A stretch of 64,000 bases of DNA from a virus. Position numbers and translations under genes: made by a program. The stretch spans positions 8,453 to 72,452 of IMG/VR virus record IMGVR_UViG_3300004805_000006, one strand, 5' to 3'. Under the pieces are notes generated by a model. It made no database searches. It saw only the letters and a list, made by a program, of their open reading frames with translations, and had not been told where the DNA came from. Of this stretch, positions 47,435 through 57,303 are shown in pieces. Positions within the stretch are counted from its first letter, which is position 1, and every line of letters starts with the position of its first letter.

Positions 47435-48720
47435 TATATTTTCTCCAATGATTTTATTCTATATTCTAATTCATCATTTTTAAATTTTAATTCTTGTATA
47501 GCTTTTATCATAGATGATATAAATTCACAGTATCTTAAACCATATTTATCTGAGTCTTTATCGTAAATTATTCCAGCAAAATCATTGGTAGTTTTATTAA
47601 ATTTATATACTGCATCTTCAACATCTTGAGCAAGTAGTCCGTAATGTGTCCTATTATGCATATGTTTATGCTCTATGCTCTGCTTTATTTCACTTCTTTC
47701 ACCATTATTATTTACTTCAACTTTAACAATTTCTTCAACTGAAGTATAGTCTTTTTGTTTATATGATACAGGTTTAAGCTCACATATAAAAGATAATCCT
47801 AAATCTGATTCTTTAATATTTTCTTTTTCTCTAGCATCAGAAGTTTGTATTGTAGCATTAGTAGCATAAATATCATTATACCTTAAAGAAGATGTTCCTA
47901 AATCTGTAATATTATCTGCTCCAGGACAAATATTTCTTCCTTCAGTTAATTTCATAGTTACTACTGGAGAACCATTAGACACATTAGCTGTATAAAAATT
48001 AATTTCTCCCCCGCAGTTAGCACCGCTTACTCCTTTTATATTAGCAATAATGTTACATGGCTGTTTCCAATTTGTAGTATATGCAAACCACTCAAGTTGG
48101 GCTAATCTATCACCATCATAAACTGTTGTTGGACTACTTAAACTACCTCTAGACTTATAAGTATCTACCATAGGACAGTTATCGGCTACTGAACCAGCAT
48201 ACCATATTTGAAGTCCACCCCAATCATTTTGCACATAATAACAATACTTATTATTAAAAAATTTTACTTTTTGAACGCCATCTATATTGAATTGAATATA
48301 AGCATCGGAACCATTGTCATATATTTCTATAGAAGAGTCATCTTTATTTATTAAGGAGTGTATATGATTTCCCATCGCTAATTTATCATTTGTTTCTCCT
48401 ACATCACCATTATTATATAGTGTTTCAAATGTTACATGAGAATTTATTCCCCCAATGATATCGTCATCAATATGAAAATGTTTTGGAATATCAGTATAAG
48501 CTATAACACTATATTTTACATCCATAATATCTCCATATAAAATATCACTGCCTATTGCAAGCTCAACTAAAGTATTACCATCATTATATAAAGAATTTTC
48601 TACAGACCCATAATAATCAATACCAGAACAAGTAGCTTTTATTTGACTTCCGAAATTAAAAGTATTAGTTAAATCTCCACAAATAGAAAAAGAATTAGAA
48701 TTTATATACATAGCTAACAT
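47434..48720 (-). CDS. tail fibre/spike protein with C-terminal intramolecular chaperone (S74)
   Basis: TSDAREK.NI...LKPVSY..HYGLLAQDV..LRY.EF...IKAIQEL. Confidence 0.88.
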   Translation of the reverse strand: MLAMYINSNSFSICGDLTNTFNFGSQIKATCSGIDYYGSVENSLYNDGNTLVELAIGSDILYGDIMDVKYSVIAYTDIPKHFHIDDDIIGGINSHVTFETLYNNGDVGETNDKLAMGNHIHSLINKDDSSIEIYDNGSDAYIQFNIDGVQKVKFFNNKYCYYVQNDWGGLQIWYAGSVADNCPMVDTYKSRGSLSSPTTVYDGDRLAQLEWFAYTTNWKQPCNIIANIKGVSGANCGGEINFYTANVSNGSPVVTMKLTEGRNICPGADNITDLGTSSLRYNDIYATNATIQTSDAREKENIKESDLGLSFICELKPVSYKQKDYTSVEEIVKVEVNNNGERSEIKQSIEHKHMHNRTHYGLLAQDVEDAVYKFNKTTNDFAGIIYDKDSDKYGLRYCEFISSMIKAIQELKFKNDELEYRIKSLEKI

Positions 48721-48735
48721 AATATTACCTCCAAA

Positions 48736-49371
48736 TTAATTTAATTTTTTTTCTCTACACACAAAGAAAAAATGTTTAGTTCCATATTTACTTTCTATTA
48801 CGTCTGGATAAGAACTTTCTACTGATATATCTCTAAAAAATAATTTTAAAATTTCCACGTAATTATTCACAGTTCTATATATAGCAGAGTATTCACTTTC
48901 TAATTCATTTGAATAAACATTTATATACTCATCACTACCACTCATAGAACATGGAGTTCTTACTATTAATTCTTTAGATTTTATTTTACTTAATAAATTA
49001 CATAAATCTTTACTTTCAAATATATAAGGAAACATGCCCAATGAAATAGTTAAATCAGTACAAGGAAAATCTATTAATGTAGTAAAATCTTGAACCTTTG
49101 TTATTAAATTTCTCTGTTCGCCCCACCTATCTTCAAGTTTTAGTAATAATGGTTGCGATATATCATACCCATAGAATAATTCTATGTCTGTAAATTCTCT
49201 GAGAGCTATTAATAAATAACCATCTGCACAACCTATGTCTATTACTGATTTTATAGAATCTATATTATTCATAATAAAATTAAAATCAATTAATCTACGT
49301 TGCTTAACATTAGGGTATTTAGGATAAGCGCCTCTACTCTTCCAAAAATTTTTAGCTACGTTGTAACTCAT
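48736..49371 (-). CDS. class I SAM-dependent methyltransferase
   Basis: VIDIGCADG, GYDIS. Confidence 0.8.
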   Translation of the reverse strand: MSYNVAKNFWKSRGAYPKYPNVKQRRLIDFNFIMNNIDSIKSVIDIGCADGYLLIALREFTDIELFYGYDISQPLLLKLEDRWGEQRNLITKVQDFTTLIDFPCTDLTISLGMFPYIFESKDLCNLLSKIKSKELIVRTPCSMSGSDEYINVYSNELESEYSAIYRTVNNYVEILKLFFRDISVESSYPDVIESKYGTKHFFFVCREKKLN

Positions 49372-49747
49372 CTCTTATTTCCGTTCCACTAAATAGATAA
49401 CCTTCAGATCGTGGTATAAACTCGGTTTCTATATTAAATTTTTTTGCCCAATTTAAAACATCTGGATTTCCTGATACTAACATATCAAATTCTGGTAAAC
49501 CAAGTAAGTCTATTTTTTTAGTTAATACCCCAAAAATTCTATAAATTTTTACATTATTATGTAATGAAAATAAATCCTTTAATATATTAAGTACTATATC
49601 TGGGTTAGTGACTGGATTATCTGGTATATCCTCACTAACACCTACAATAACTCTTTCATACTTAGACATTAAATTTAAAATAGTTCTAGCATGTCCAAGA
49701 TGCGGTGGATGAAATTTTCCAGGAAAAAATACTGTTTTATCTATCAT
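49352..49747 (-). CDS. HIGH-motif nucleotidyltransferase (cytidylyltransferase-like)
   Basis: PGKFHPPHLGH, SGTEIR. Confidence 0.8.
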   Translation of the reverse strand: MIDKTVFFPGKFHPPHLGHARTILNLMSKYERVIVGVSEDIPDNPVTNPDIVLNILKDLFSLHNNVKIYRIFGVLTKKIDLLGLPEFDMLVSGNPDVLNWAKKFNIETEFIPRSEGYLFSGTEIRDELQRS

Positions 49748-50745
49748 GCTGTCTCCTTAATAAAATTATAAATAACATTGTATGCATGTGGCAATGAATA
49801 ATAATCTTCATCGAACCACTCTAAAAAAAGTTCTCTTTGAATTTTTTTATATAAATCATAATCATTTTTAAGAAATGCTATTTTCTCTGTTAAATTACTA
49901 GTTGTTACACATTTAAACGACTTTATACCAGGAGGTTGCCATAGTCTAACTTCAACCTGAGATAGTATATCATCTATCATGGAATCTTTAGTAATAGTTC
50001 CAGGCATAAGTATAGGAATGCTTCCAAATAATAATGCGTCTTGGTAACAACTACTACCCATAGTCATAAAAAATTTACAAACATCAGTACAATACTTACT
50101 ACCTATAGGTCCATTAAATTGTTCTGGAAGCATTTCTATACCATTAACATGCCAATCACTAGTATATTTTTTATACCATACTTTATGAAACGGTATAAAT
50201 ATTCCGTCTAAGGGTATATTTATACCATTCCAAATACCAGTACCTATTAAAATAACATCATTCCATCTATCTATATCATTAAAAGACATACTATAATACA
50301 TAATACTTAATTTTGGCCACTTAGCATTTATAATACTTCTTCCATCATTAAGTAATTTTATAGCATTTTCATAATGACGTTTTTGAAAAGTTACCAATAA
50401 TGACTTACCATAAGTTAAACAATTTTCAGGTAAATCATTAGCAAATAAATCATGCTCTATGTCTATGAATCCTACTCTAGGCTTCACATTCTTTTGAAAA
50501 TATCTAAATTCAGGCATCGTAGCGCTATGTGTAGCCCATAAAATATAATCATATTTTTCAAATATATGTCTTTTACAGAATCCTGCGTTCATAAACTGCT
50601 TTGCATCTATACCATAACTATTTACTGCTTGAATAGCCTGCGGTATTATTTCTATATTTTTGGACTGTAAAAATTTAATTATATGGGCATTAACACATAG
50701 TTCAGATTTGGAAAATATATACAGTAGTTTAATCTTTTTATTCAT
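49744..50745 (-). CDS. hypothetical protein, possible polysaccharide/glycosyl transferase
   Basis: IEH and SS...DALLFG.P motifs reminiscent of GT-B capsule enzymes; context. Confidence 0.45.
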   Translation of the reverse strand: MNKKIKLLYIFSKSELCVNAHIIKFLQSKNIEIIPQAIQAVNSYGIDAKQFMNAGFCKRHIFEKYDYILWATHSATMPEFRYFQKNVKPRVGFIDIEHDLFANDLPENCLTYGKSLLVTFQKRHYENAIKLLNDGRSIINAKWPKLSIMYYSMSFNDIDRWNDVILIGTGIWNGINIPLDGIFIPFHKVWYKKYTSDWHVNGIEMLPEQFNGPIGSKYCTDVCKFFMTMGSSCYQDALLFGSIPILMPGTITKDSMIDDILSQVEVRLWQPPGIKSFKCVTTSNLTEKIAFLKNDYDLYKKIQRELFLEWFDEDYYSLPHAYNVIYNFIKETA

Positions 50746-51365
50746 TTTTTAATCGATGCTAAAAAAGTTTCTGCTATTTCAGTTAATAAATATTTCTCTT
50801 TAGGTAAAGCATGTCTATCTAAACCTACCCTATTAACTTTTAATGGCTTACATGGAACTCCTGCCCATACTATAGCTGCAGGTGATTCACCTTTATAAAC
50901 ACCATTTGCTCCTACTATACAGAAATCTCCTAGCTTAGCAAATGGGTGAGTAGAACAATTAAGACCCATATAACAGTAACGTCCTATCTCAGAATGCCCA
51001 CCTATAATTGCCCCAGTATGAAGAACTACTCTTTCAGCGAGCTTGGCATCATGACCTACATGAGACTTAGCCATAAGATAACAACCTTTACTTACTAAAG
51101 TTCTATCAGTAAAAAGTGGTGTATTAATAGTAACATACTCTCTTATTTCCACATTGTCACCTATCTCAATAATACCACCTCCATCCTTAGCCCCATTAGG
51201 ATGTTCTCCAGGTAGTCCTATAGATGCTGAATATATTCTACAATTATTTCCTATTTTAACTCTATCAGATATATATGTAAACGGACCTATGTAAGTTCCA
51301 TAACCTATATCTGTTGTCTCTACCACTGATGTTGGATGAATAAATGTATTGTAAGTACTAACCAT
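50742..51365 (-). CDS. hexapeptide-repeat acyltransferase (LpxA/WbpD-like)
   Basis: IHPTSVV, IGDNVEIREYVTI, HVGHD, AGVP. Confidence 0.88.
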   Translation of the reverse strand: MVSTYNTFIHPTSVVETTDIGYGTYIGPFTYISDRVKIGNNCRIYSASIGLPGEHPNGAKDGGGIIEIGDNVEIREYVTINTPLFTDRTLVSKGCYLMAKSHVGHDAKLAERVVLHTGAIIGGHSEIGRYCYMGLNCSTHPFAKLGDFCIVGANGVYKGESPAAIVWAGVPCKPLKVNRVGLDRHALPKEKYLLTEIAETFLASIKK

Positions 51366-51377
51366 ATTCCTCTCCTT

Positions 51378-52196
51378 TTAAAAACACCAAAGTTTATTAG
51401 TTTCACCATCTTGAGCATTAAAATACGTATCCTGATTAACATGTCTATTATACCAGTCCGCAATATATTTTGGATGGGCACCACTAAAAATTTTAGCACC
51501 AACAGAATCAAATGCGTATGTAAAAGATCTAGGAGATGCTATCTTACCACCCTCATATACATTACTATACTGATATAGATCATCGGCTTTTTTAGCTTTC
51601 ATACCCAATGCTTTTGGATCTCTACAATTACCATAATGATAAATACTGGCTCCACAATTAATATTGCGTCCTGAATGAGCTGGAAAACCATCTGCCCACA
51701 CTAAATCATCAGCACAACCATTATTCCTGTGTAAAAGTCTAATGCCGGTAGAGTGCCTCCAGAGGCGTGTATGCTGTTTATACCAAGCAGGTCCCTCAAT
51801 ATAATGAGTTGGAACTCCATAGAAGTGAATAACATTAAACGCAATAGCCGGAATCTCCATACTAACTGCTTTTCTAATCTGGTCAAAGTCGTTTTCATTT
51901 AGAACCTCATCAGCATCTATAGCGAGAATATAAGCATCGATTGGCATTTTGTCAAGTAGGAAATTCTTTTCATTTGCCCACATTTGTCTATTATGTTGCC
52001 AATCCTTTACAAATAACTTTATTCTACCTTTACCATATTCATTCTGAAGAGAATACAAAATATCTAAAGTTCCATCCGTAGAACTTCCATCATTAATGTA
52101 TATGTCATCACATAGACCCATCATACATCTTATAGTAGATTCTACACAATAGTCGAGTATAACACACTGATGAGTTATTAGATGCGCGGATATCAT
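51378..52196 (-). CDS. GT2 family glycosyltransferase
   Basis: DGSSTDGT, IDADE, YHYG. Confidence 0.85.
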   Translation of the reverse strand: MISAHLITHQCVILDYCVESTIRCMMGLCDDIYINDGSSTDGTLDILYSLQNEYGKGRIKLFVKDWQHNRQMWANEKNFLLDKMPIDAYILAIDADEVLNENDFDQIRKAVSMEIPAIAFNVIHFYGVPTHYIEGPAWYKQHTRLWRHSTGIRLLHRNNGCADDLVWADGFPAHSGRNINCGASIYHYGNCRDPKALGMKAKKADDLYQYSNVYEGGKIASPRSFTYAFDSVGAKIFSGAHPKYIADWYNRHVNQDTYFNAQDGETNKLWCF

Positions 52197-53206
52197 ACTT
52201 TTTTCCACCAGCCATTGTCAGATAATGATTTTTGAGCCGCGACTAAAACTTTAACTACGTTCACCCCAACATCACCATTACTTAGAGGCTGTCTATTTTC
52301 TTCTATACACGAAATGAATTCTTGGCACTCTTTAACCAATGGCTCCCATGTTTCTATATAAGGATAGACTACATCTCCATACTTATAGCTTAAAAGATGT
52401 CTTGAATAATCCAAATAGGTTTCAGACTGAAGCTTGCTTAAGTCCACTGTTTTATTGTATATAGCTATTGTTTTGTTAATAGAGTCACATACAGCCATTT
52501 GTTTATCGCCTACTACAACAGTACTCCTTACTTTATGAGGATCTAGCCAACTAAGATGAAGATGAGCTTTGATATCATCACCATAATCCATTATTACAAA
52601 TGCTACATCTTCAACATTGGTTAATACATTCTTCATTCCAAATGCTGATACACTGTTACATGTTCTATCTAAAAGAAAATCTATGATAGAAATATCATGT
52701 GGTAAAAGATCCGAAAGAACCCCACAAGATTGTATTTGACCAAGGTTTAATCTTTGTGTGTAAACATAATGAACCTTTCCAAAGGCTTCACTATTTATAA
52801 TTTCTTTTAGCTTTAAAATTTCCGGTGCGTACAAAAAAATATGACCCACCATAACTATTAAATTTTTACTTTTAGCATACTTAACTATAGCTTCTGCTTC
52901 TTCCAAACTTGTAGCAATAGGTTTTTCTACAAATATATGTTTATCATGTTGAAGAGCTTTCATTGCTATTTCAAAATGATTTTTCGGTGGTGTAGCAATA
53001 ACAACACCTTTAACTTCGTCTCTATCAAGACACTTTTCCCAATCTGTATCAAAATAAACTCCCCTATAGATCTTCTGCTTTGTAAAATTTATCAAAGATT
53101 CTTTGTCTAAGTCAAAAACTCCAGAAAGAACATTAAGACTATTTAAAGTTCTTAACAAATTCTTTCCCCATATGCCGCATCCTACTTGAACTATTTTAGT
53201 ATTCAT
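52193..53206 (-). CDS. Gfo/Idh/MocA oxidoreductase (WbpB/WlbA-like)
   Basis: GCGIWG, IATP..H, VEKP, MVGH, DL.PHD. Confidence 0.92.
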   Translation of the reverse strand: MNTKIVQVGCGIWGKNLLRTLNSLNVLSGVFDLDKESLINFTKQKIYRGVYFDTDWEKCLDRDEVKGVVIATPPKNHFEIAMKALQHDKHIFVEKPIATSLEEAEAIVKYAKSKNLIVMVGHIFLYAPEILKLKEIINSEAFGKVHYVYTQRLNLGQIQSCGVLSDLLPHDISIIDFLLDRTCNSVSAFGMKNVLTNVEDVAFVIMDYGDDIKAHLHLSWLDPHKVRSTVVVGDKQMAVCDSINKTIAIYNKTVDLSKLQSETYLDYSRHLLSYKYGDVVYPYIETWEPLVKECQEFISCIEENRQPLSNGDVGVNVVKVLVAAQKSLSDNGWWKKV

Positions 53207-54050
53207 ATTTATATCTCCTATACATCAGTGCTTGATACCATGCTGTGTGCCACTCACGATCTTTATTTGCCCTAGCATTACAACTCCTACATACTGTGAT
53301 AAGATTTTTAGGACTACAGCTTTTCTTGTTGTAGTCTATGTGGTGGATAGCAATAATATTATCTTTTTTCCAACAACCAGGATTAAGACATCTATTTCCA
53401 TCTCTTAATTTTATATCTTCCTTATAATCTTTGTCACTCCAAATTGGACAGTATGGCTCATAAGAAGTTCCACCATTCCAGTTTGGATGCCCTGAACCTG
53501 AAAATTTTATATCAGCACAAGTTGGACATCTTTTACCCTTTTTCCAATTAATCCAAACCATAGAATGTTCATGATTATTAGAACATATATAATCTAACTT
53601 AGTATGGTTGTTAATGTATTTTTTAGATAAAAGAATATAACCTTCCTTATTAAAAGATTGTTTTACATACTCTATAGTAAGATTAACATTACCAGCACAA
53701 GTTAAACATCGACTACCTTGTTTCCAATTATCCCATACTATACTATGTTTGTGACCTTTAGGGCATTCATAATTTAGCCTGCTTCCACTATTAATGTATT
53801 CCTTAGAAACTAAAGTATAACCTTCACTCTCAAAAGATTGTTTTACAAATTCATAAGTTAATTTAATATCCGCACAAGTTGGACATCTTTTTCCTTGTTT
53901 CCAACTATCCCAAACAGTACTATGCTCATGATCATAAGTGCATCTATAGTATAGTTTATTTTTACTACCGGTATACTCTTCCGATAGAAGAGTATACCCA
54001 TATTTCTCAAATTCTGATCTTATATATTCTATATTAAGTTTAGTCCCCAT
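53196..54050 (-). CDS. HNH endonuclease with 3 Zn-binding repeats, copy 4
   Basis: Same architecture as 9907-10761. Confidence 0.85.
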   Translation of the reverse strand: MGTKLNIEYIRSEFEKYGYTLLSEEYTGSKNKLYYRCTYDHEHSTVWDSWKQGKRCPTCADIKLTYEFVKQSFESEGYTLVSKEYINSGSRLNYECPKGHKHSIVWDNWKQGSRCLTCAGNVNLTIEYVKQSFNKEGYILLSKKYINNHTKLDYICSNNHEHSMVWINWKKGKRCPTCADIKFSGSGHPNWNGGTSYEPYCPIWSDKDYKEDIKLRDGNRCLNPGCWKKDNIIAIHHIDYNKKSCSPKNLITVCRSCNARANKDREWHTAWYQALMYRRYKYEY

Positions 54051-54690
54051 CTGGCCAGATATTTTTGCCTCCTTCCTGTTTTTCTAAAGCCATCAAACTA
54101 TTGTAAAGAGTATTCATCTTATCCAAAGTATACTCCATCCTTCCTTTCCAATATAAATTGAAATGATTCAGATCAAATTTCATACAAACAACAGATCCAC
54201 GCAGACCTATAATGGGTTCATGAACATATTTAACAGTATGTATTCGTGGATAATCATTTCTTAGTAATCTTAATTGTACATCAGGATACCACTTAACTTC
54301 TGTATACTCATTTTTCATTTCTAAATCTAACCAGTGCCTTCTTGGAAAGTGAAAACCATCTACTTTACTATTCTGATTATCGTCTATAAGTTTCAATAAG
54401 TTTTCACCAAACTCTTTTGATATGGTTTCATCTGGTGCCATATTGAAGCTCCAATCTGAAAAATCCTTTACCCATGAAAATAGAGTATTTTGAGCTTTGC
54501 CAAAGTTTTCAAATTTAAAATCTTTAACATGACACCCATGTGCTTTAGCTATTTCTCTGGTATTATCAGTTGTAGTATTATCCACAAGTATGTAGCTATC
54601 ACCAACGTAGGGTAATATAGATTCTAACATGTTACTTATACAATGAGCCTCATTCTTTACAAATACACTGTGTATTAATCTATGCTTCAT
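54040..54690 (-). CDS. GT2 family glycosyltransferase
   Basis: KNEA, D..TTDNT, PDE, YPD.QLRL, VHE. Confidence 0.8.
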   Translation of the reverse strand: MKHRLIHSVFVKNEAHCISNMLESILPYVGDSYILVDNTTTDNTREIAKAHGCHVKDFKFENFGKAQNTLFSWVKDFSDWSFNMAPDETISKEFGENLLKLIDDNQNSKVDGFHFPRRHWLDLEMKNEYTEVKWYPDVQLRLLRNDYPRIHTVKYVHEPIIGLRGSVVCMKFDLNHFNLYWKGRMEYTLDKMNTLYNSLMALEKQEGGKNIWPDGD

Positions 54691-54694
54691 AAAA

Positions 54695-55285
54695 TTACTC
54701 CTCTACCTTATCGCAGGATAGTTTAATCAAATAATGGTCTTCACCAGAAGCATTTTTAAGTGTTTCTAGCGTTGTACTATACATATCAGCAACTTGCCAG
54801 AATCTAGTAAGAATTGAAAACATATTATGACCATTATGATCATTGTAAGAACGAGTAAAAACATATAGTGCATTAGACATTTTTGTAAATGCGTGTAAAT
54901 AATTTAAAAGATCGACTGTATAAATATGTTGCAAACAAATTGAACAGAATATAACATCTACTTTTTTAGTAGCAAGCTCATCCCAGTCTGTAAAACATTC
55001 AATGTTGGTACGTCTCCGATAAGCTTTAGTAGACCTAAGCATATTAATCATATTTTCAAAATCAAAAGCATATACTTTCTCGAATTTCTTACTTAACTGT
55101 ATTGTGTTCCTGCCCACTCCACATCCGAAATCCAGAATTGTTCCCTTTTCTGTTATAACGTTTATGAATTTATCATATTCCTTATATAGACTATGAATAC
55201 TGCTAGCTGTACCAGTTAATATTTCTTTTGGTGCATTAATTTCAGTAGCGTCTGTCCAAACATTGTATGTTCCTTTTAATTCCAT
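54695..55285 (-). CDS. class I SAM-dependent methyltransferase
   Basis: LDFGCGVGR, CLQHI. Confidence 0.85.
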   Translation of the reverse strand: MELKGTYNVWTDATEINAPKEILTGTASSIHSLYKEYDKFINVITEKGTILDFGCGVGRNTIQLSKKFEKVYAFDFENMINMLRSTKAYRRRTNIECFTDWDELATKKVDVIFCSICLQHIYTVDLLNYLHAFTKMSNALYVFTRSYNDHNGHNMFSILTRFWQVADMYSTTLETLKNASGEDHYLIKLSCDKVEE

Positions 55286-55303
55286 AATTAGTTCTCCTCT
55301 TTA

Positions 55304-55822
55304 TTAAAATTTAATGAATTTTACTGTCATATTATAACCATCTCTTGTCCAACTCATCTCACTCAAACCACTCTTTTCACAGACATATTTAAAAAGTCTT
55401 CTATCATATTGAGTATAATGTATATTATAATCATAATCCTGACCACCACCCAAAAGCCAATTAAAGTAGTGAGTTATAGGTACGTCAAACATATCAGTCC
55501 TATTTTCATCTTTTCTTTTTATGTAATCGGTGGCTATGGCTTCTAAATTAGGAAGTCTAAATTCTATAGCGCCTCCAGTTTTTAAAACACGTACCCATTC
55601 CTTAAGCACTAAATCTACCTCAGAAATTTTAAAATGTTCTATAATATCTGATGCTAAAATATAATCAAAGTGTTCATCGTTAAATCTAGATAAATCTTTT
55701 ACATCTCCTACTTCATCTATATGTACAAGATTTTCTCTTATATCAAAATTTATACATTTATATCCTGGTGGATATTCTTTATAGGTTCTATTTCCTGATC
55801 CTATGTTTAAAGTTAATAGCAT
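55304..55822 (-). CDS. class I SAM-dependent methyltransferase (type 11-like)
   Basis: LNIGSG, IIEH, W.RVLK.GG, PN. Confidence 0.85.
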   Translation of the reverse strand: MLLTLNIGSGNRTYKEYPPGYKCINFDIRENLVHIDEVGDVKDLSRFNDEHFDYILASDIIEHFKISEVDLVLKEWVRVLKTGGAIEFRLPNLEAIATDYIKRKDENRTDMFDVPITHYFNWLLGGGQDYDYNIHYTQYDRRLFKYVCEKSGLSEMSWTRDGYNMTVKFIKF

Positions 55823-55830
55823 AATCCTCC

Positions 55831-56451
55831 TTAGTAATTACTCATAATATCATTTAAATATATACATTCTTTTAATCCAAATAATTCCTTCTTTTTAGGT
55901 GGTTTTAACATAGGTTGTATTTTTTTAAATGGCGCCGAAAAACTTATTAAAGCTTCATTTTTATTATATGACTCCATATAAATAAAGAATACTATATCAT
56001 TCTTTACACTATTGTATATGGAATCTATACCTCCTTTAGTATTTTTATTAGATTTTTGAAATGTCCAACTTATACCACAATAATTTTTTGTAAATGAGTT
56101 ACATGTTTTGACGTGGAAGTCTAATAAATCTTTGTTGATAGGGCTATAACGTAGATCTTCAGACCAGTCTTTCTTCCTAGATTTATAAATAGTAAAGTCT
56201 GGTAATATGAATGGATAGTTTAAATACTCTGTTAGAAAATAAGCTACAAATAATTCTCCCATCTTACCCATTATCGTATCATCTATAGGTTTAGAAGCAT
56301 TTCTATTTTTAGTATAGTAATCTATAGATTGTCCTCTATCAACCATTAGTGTATGGGCAAAATTAACACTTGTAGTAAGAGTATTTTTAAATAAAGAGTC
56401 CTCTATTTTTACAATGGTATTAAAAAATTGTATATTATCTTCAAGGTACAT
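55831..56451 (-). CDS. putative PD-(D/E)XK-like nuclease
   Basis: GKMGE..V, PDF, DL, HVKT; adjacent to a Dam-type methylase. Confidence 0.5.
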   Translation of the reverse strand: MYLEDNIQFFNTIVKIEDSLFKNTLTTSVNFAHTLMVDRGQSIDYYTKNRNASKPIDDTIMGKMGELFVAYFLTEYLNYPFILPDFTIYKSRKKDWSEDLRYSPINKDLLDFHVKTCNSFTKNYCGISWTFQKSNKNTKGGIDSIYNSVKNDIVFFIYMESYNKNEALISFSAPFKKIQPMLKPPKKKELFGLKECIYLNDIMSNY

Positions 56452-56462
56452 AATAAATTTCC

Positions 56463-57302
56463 TTAAAAATTGCTTATTAAAAGTTCTTGTTTACCGCGAG
56501 ATGTATTTATAGAATAGTTAACACCATTTAAATATTCTATATTAGCCCATCTTTTATACATGTTTTCTATTTCATCGCAAAAATCATATGATAATAACCA
56601 TAAATGATGTGTTCTTTTTAGTAAATTAGCTAATCTATAATGTTGATCGTTAGAAAATCCAAACTGATATAAGTCATTTCCTTTTACATAGTATGGAGGA
56701 TCTAAATATAAAAACGATCTTTCTTTATCATCCAAAATTAAAGCCGAGTAATCAAAGCATGTACATGTTGAATGTCTAAGAATATTTTTAGAAAATAATT
56801 TATTATAAAAATCTATCTTCTTACATATGTATTCTGGTGACCATCTACATGCTATATCATAAATAGATTTCTGTTTCTTTCCACCTAAAGGTCCTCCAGA
56901 TTTAGTTCCTAATCCAGAATAAGAAGTTTGATGGATAGCTATTTTATAAAACCCATGTAAAACTTTTTCATCGTCTGTTAAATCTCTGGGTAGATTATTC
57001 ATTAAAACATTTTTTATATGATAAAATGCTTCTACTGAAGGTTTAAAATACATAACTAATTTTTTTAATTCTTCTGGTCTATTAATGACACTATACCATA
57101 TACTAGCAATACCACAGTCATAATCATTTATCCAAAATTTATCAATGTTAAAATCAAGTGTTTTTAATCCTATACTTCCACCACCAAAAAATGGTTCTCT
57201 ATATTCCTTTATTTCATCATTATTATTAAAAACTTCTTGTATTTTAGGTAATATTAATGTGGACAATTTATTTTTTCCGCCAGGGTATCTAAAAAATCCC
57301 AT
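56463..57302 (-). CDS. Dam/D12-class DNA adenine methyltransferase
   Basis: RYPGGK, EPFFGGGS, IND, YLDPPY, LSYD, ELLISN. Confidence 0.92.
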   Translation of the reverse strand: MGFFRYPGGKNKLSTLILPKIQEVFNNNDEIKEYREPFFGGGSIGLKTLDFNIDKFWINDYDCGIASIWYSVINRPEELKKLVMYFKPSVEAFYHIKNVLMNNLPRDLTDDEKVLHGFYKIAIHQTSYSGLGTKSGGPLGGKKQKSIYDIACRWSPEYICKKIDFYNKLFSKNILRHSTCTCFDYSALILDDKERSFLYLDPPYYVKGNDLYQFGFSNDQHYRLANLLKRTHHLWLLSYDFCDEIENMYKRWANIEYLNGVNYSINTSRGKQELLISNF

Positions 57303-57303
57303 A

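Noticed and set aside
35434-54050. Diversity-generating retroelement suggested by near-identical segments in HNH genes
   Set aside because: No reverse transcriptase, mismatches are not adenine-specific, and both copies lie in coding paralogues
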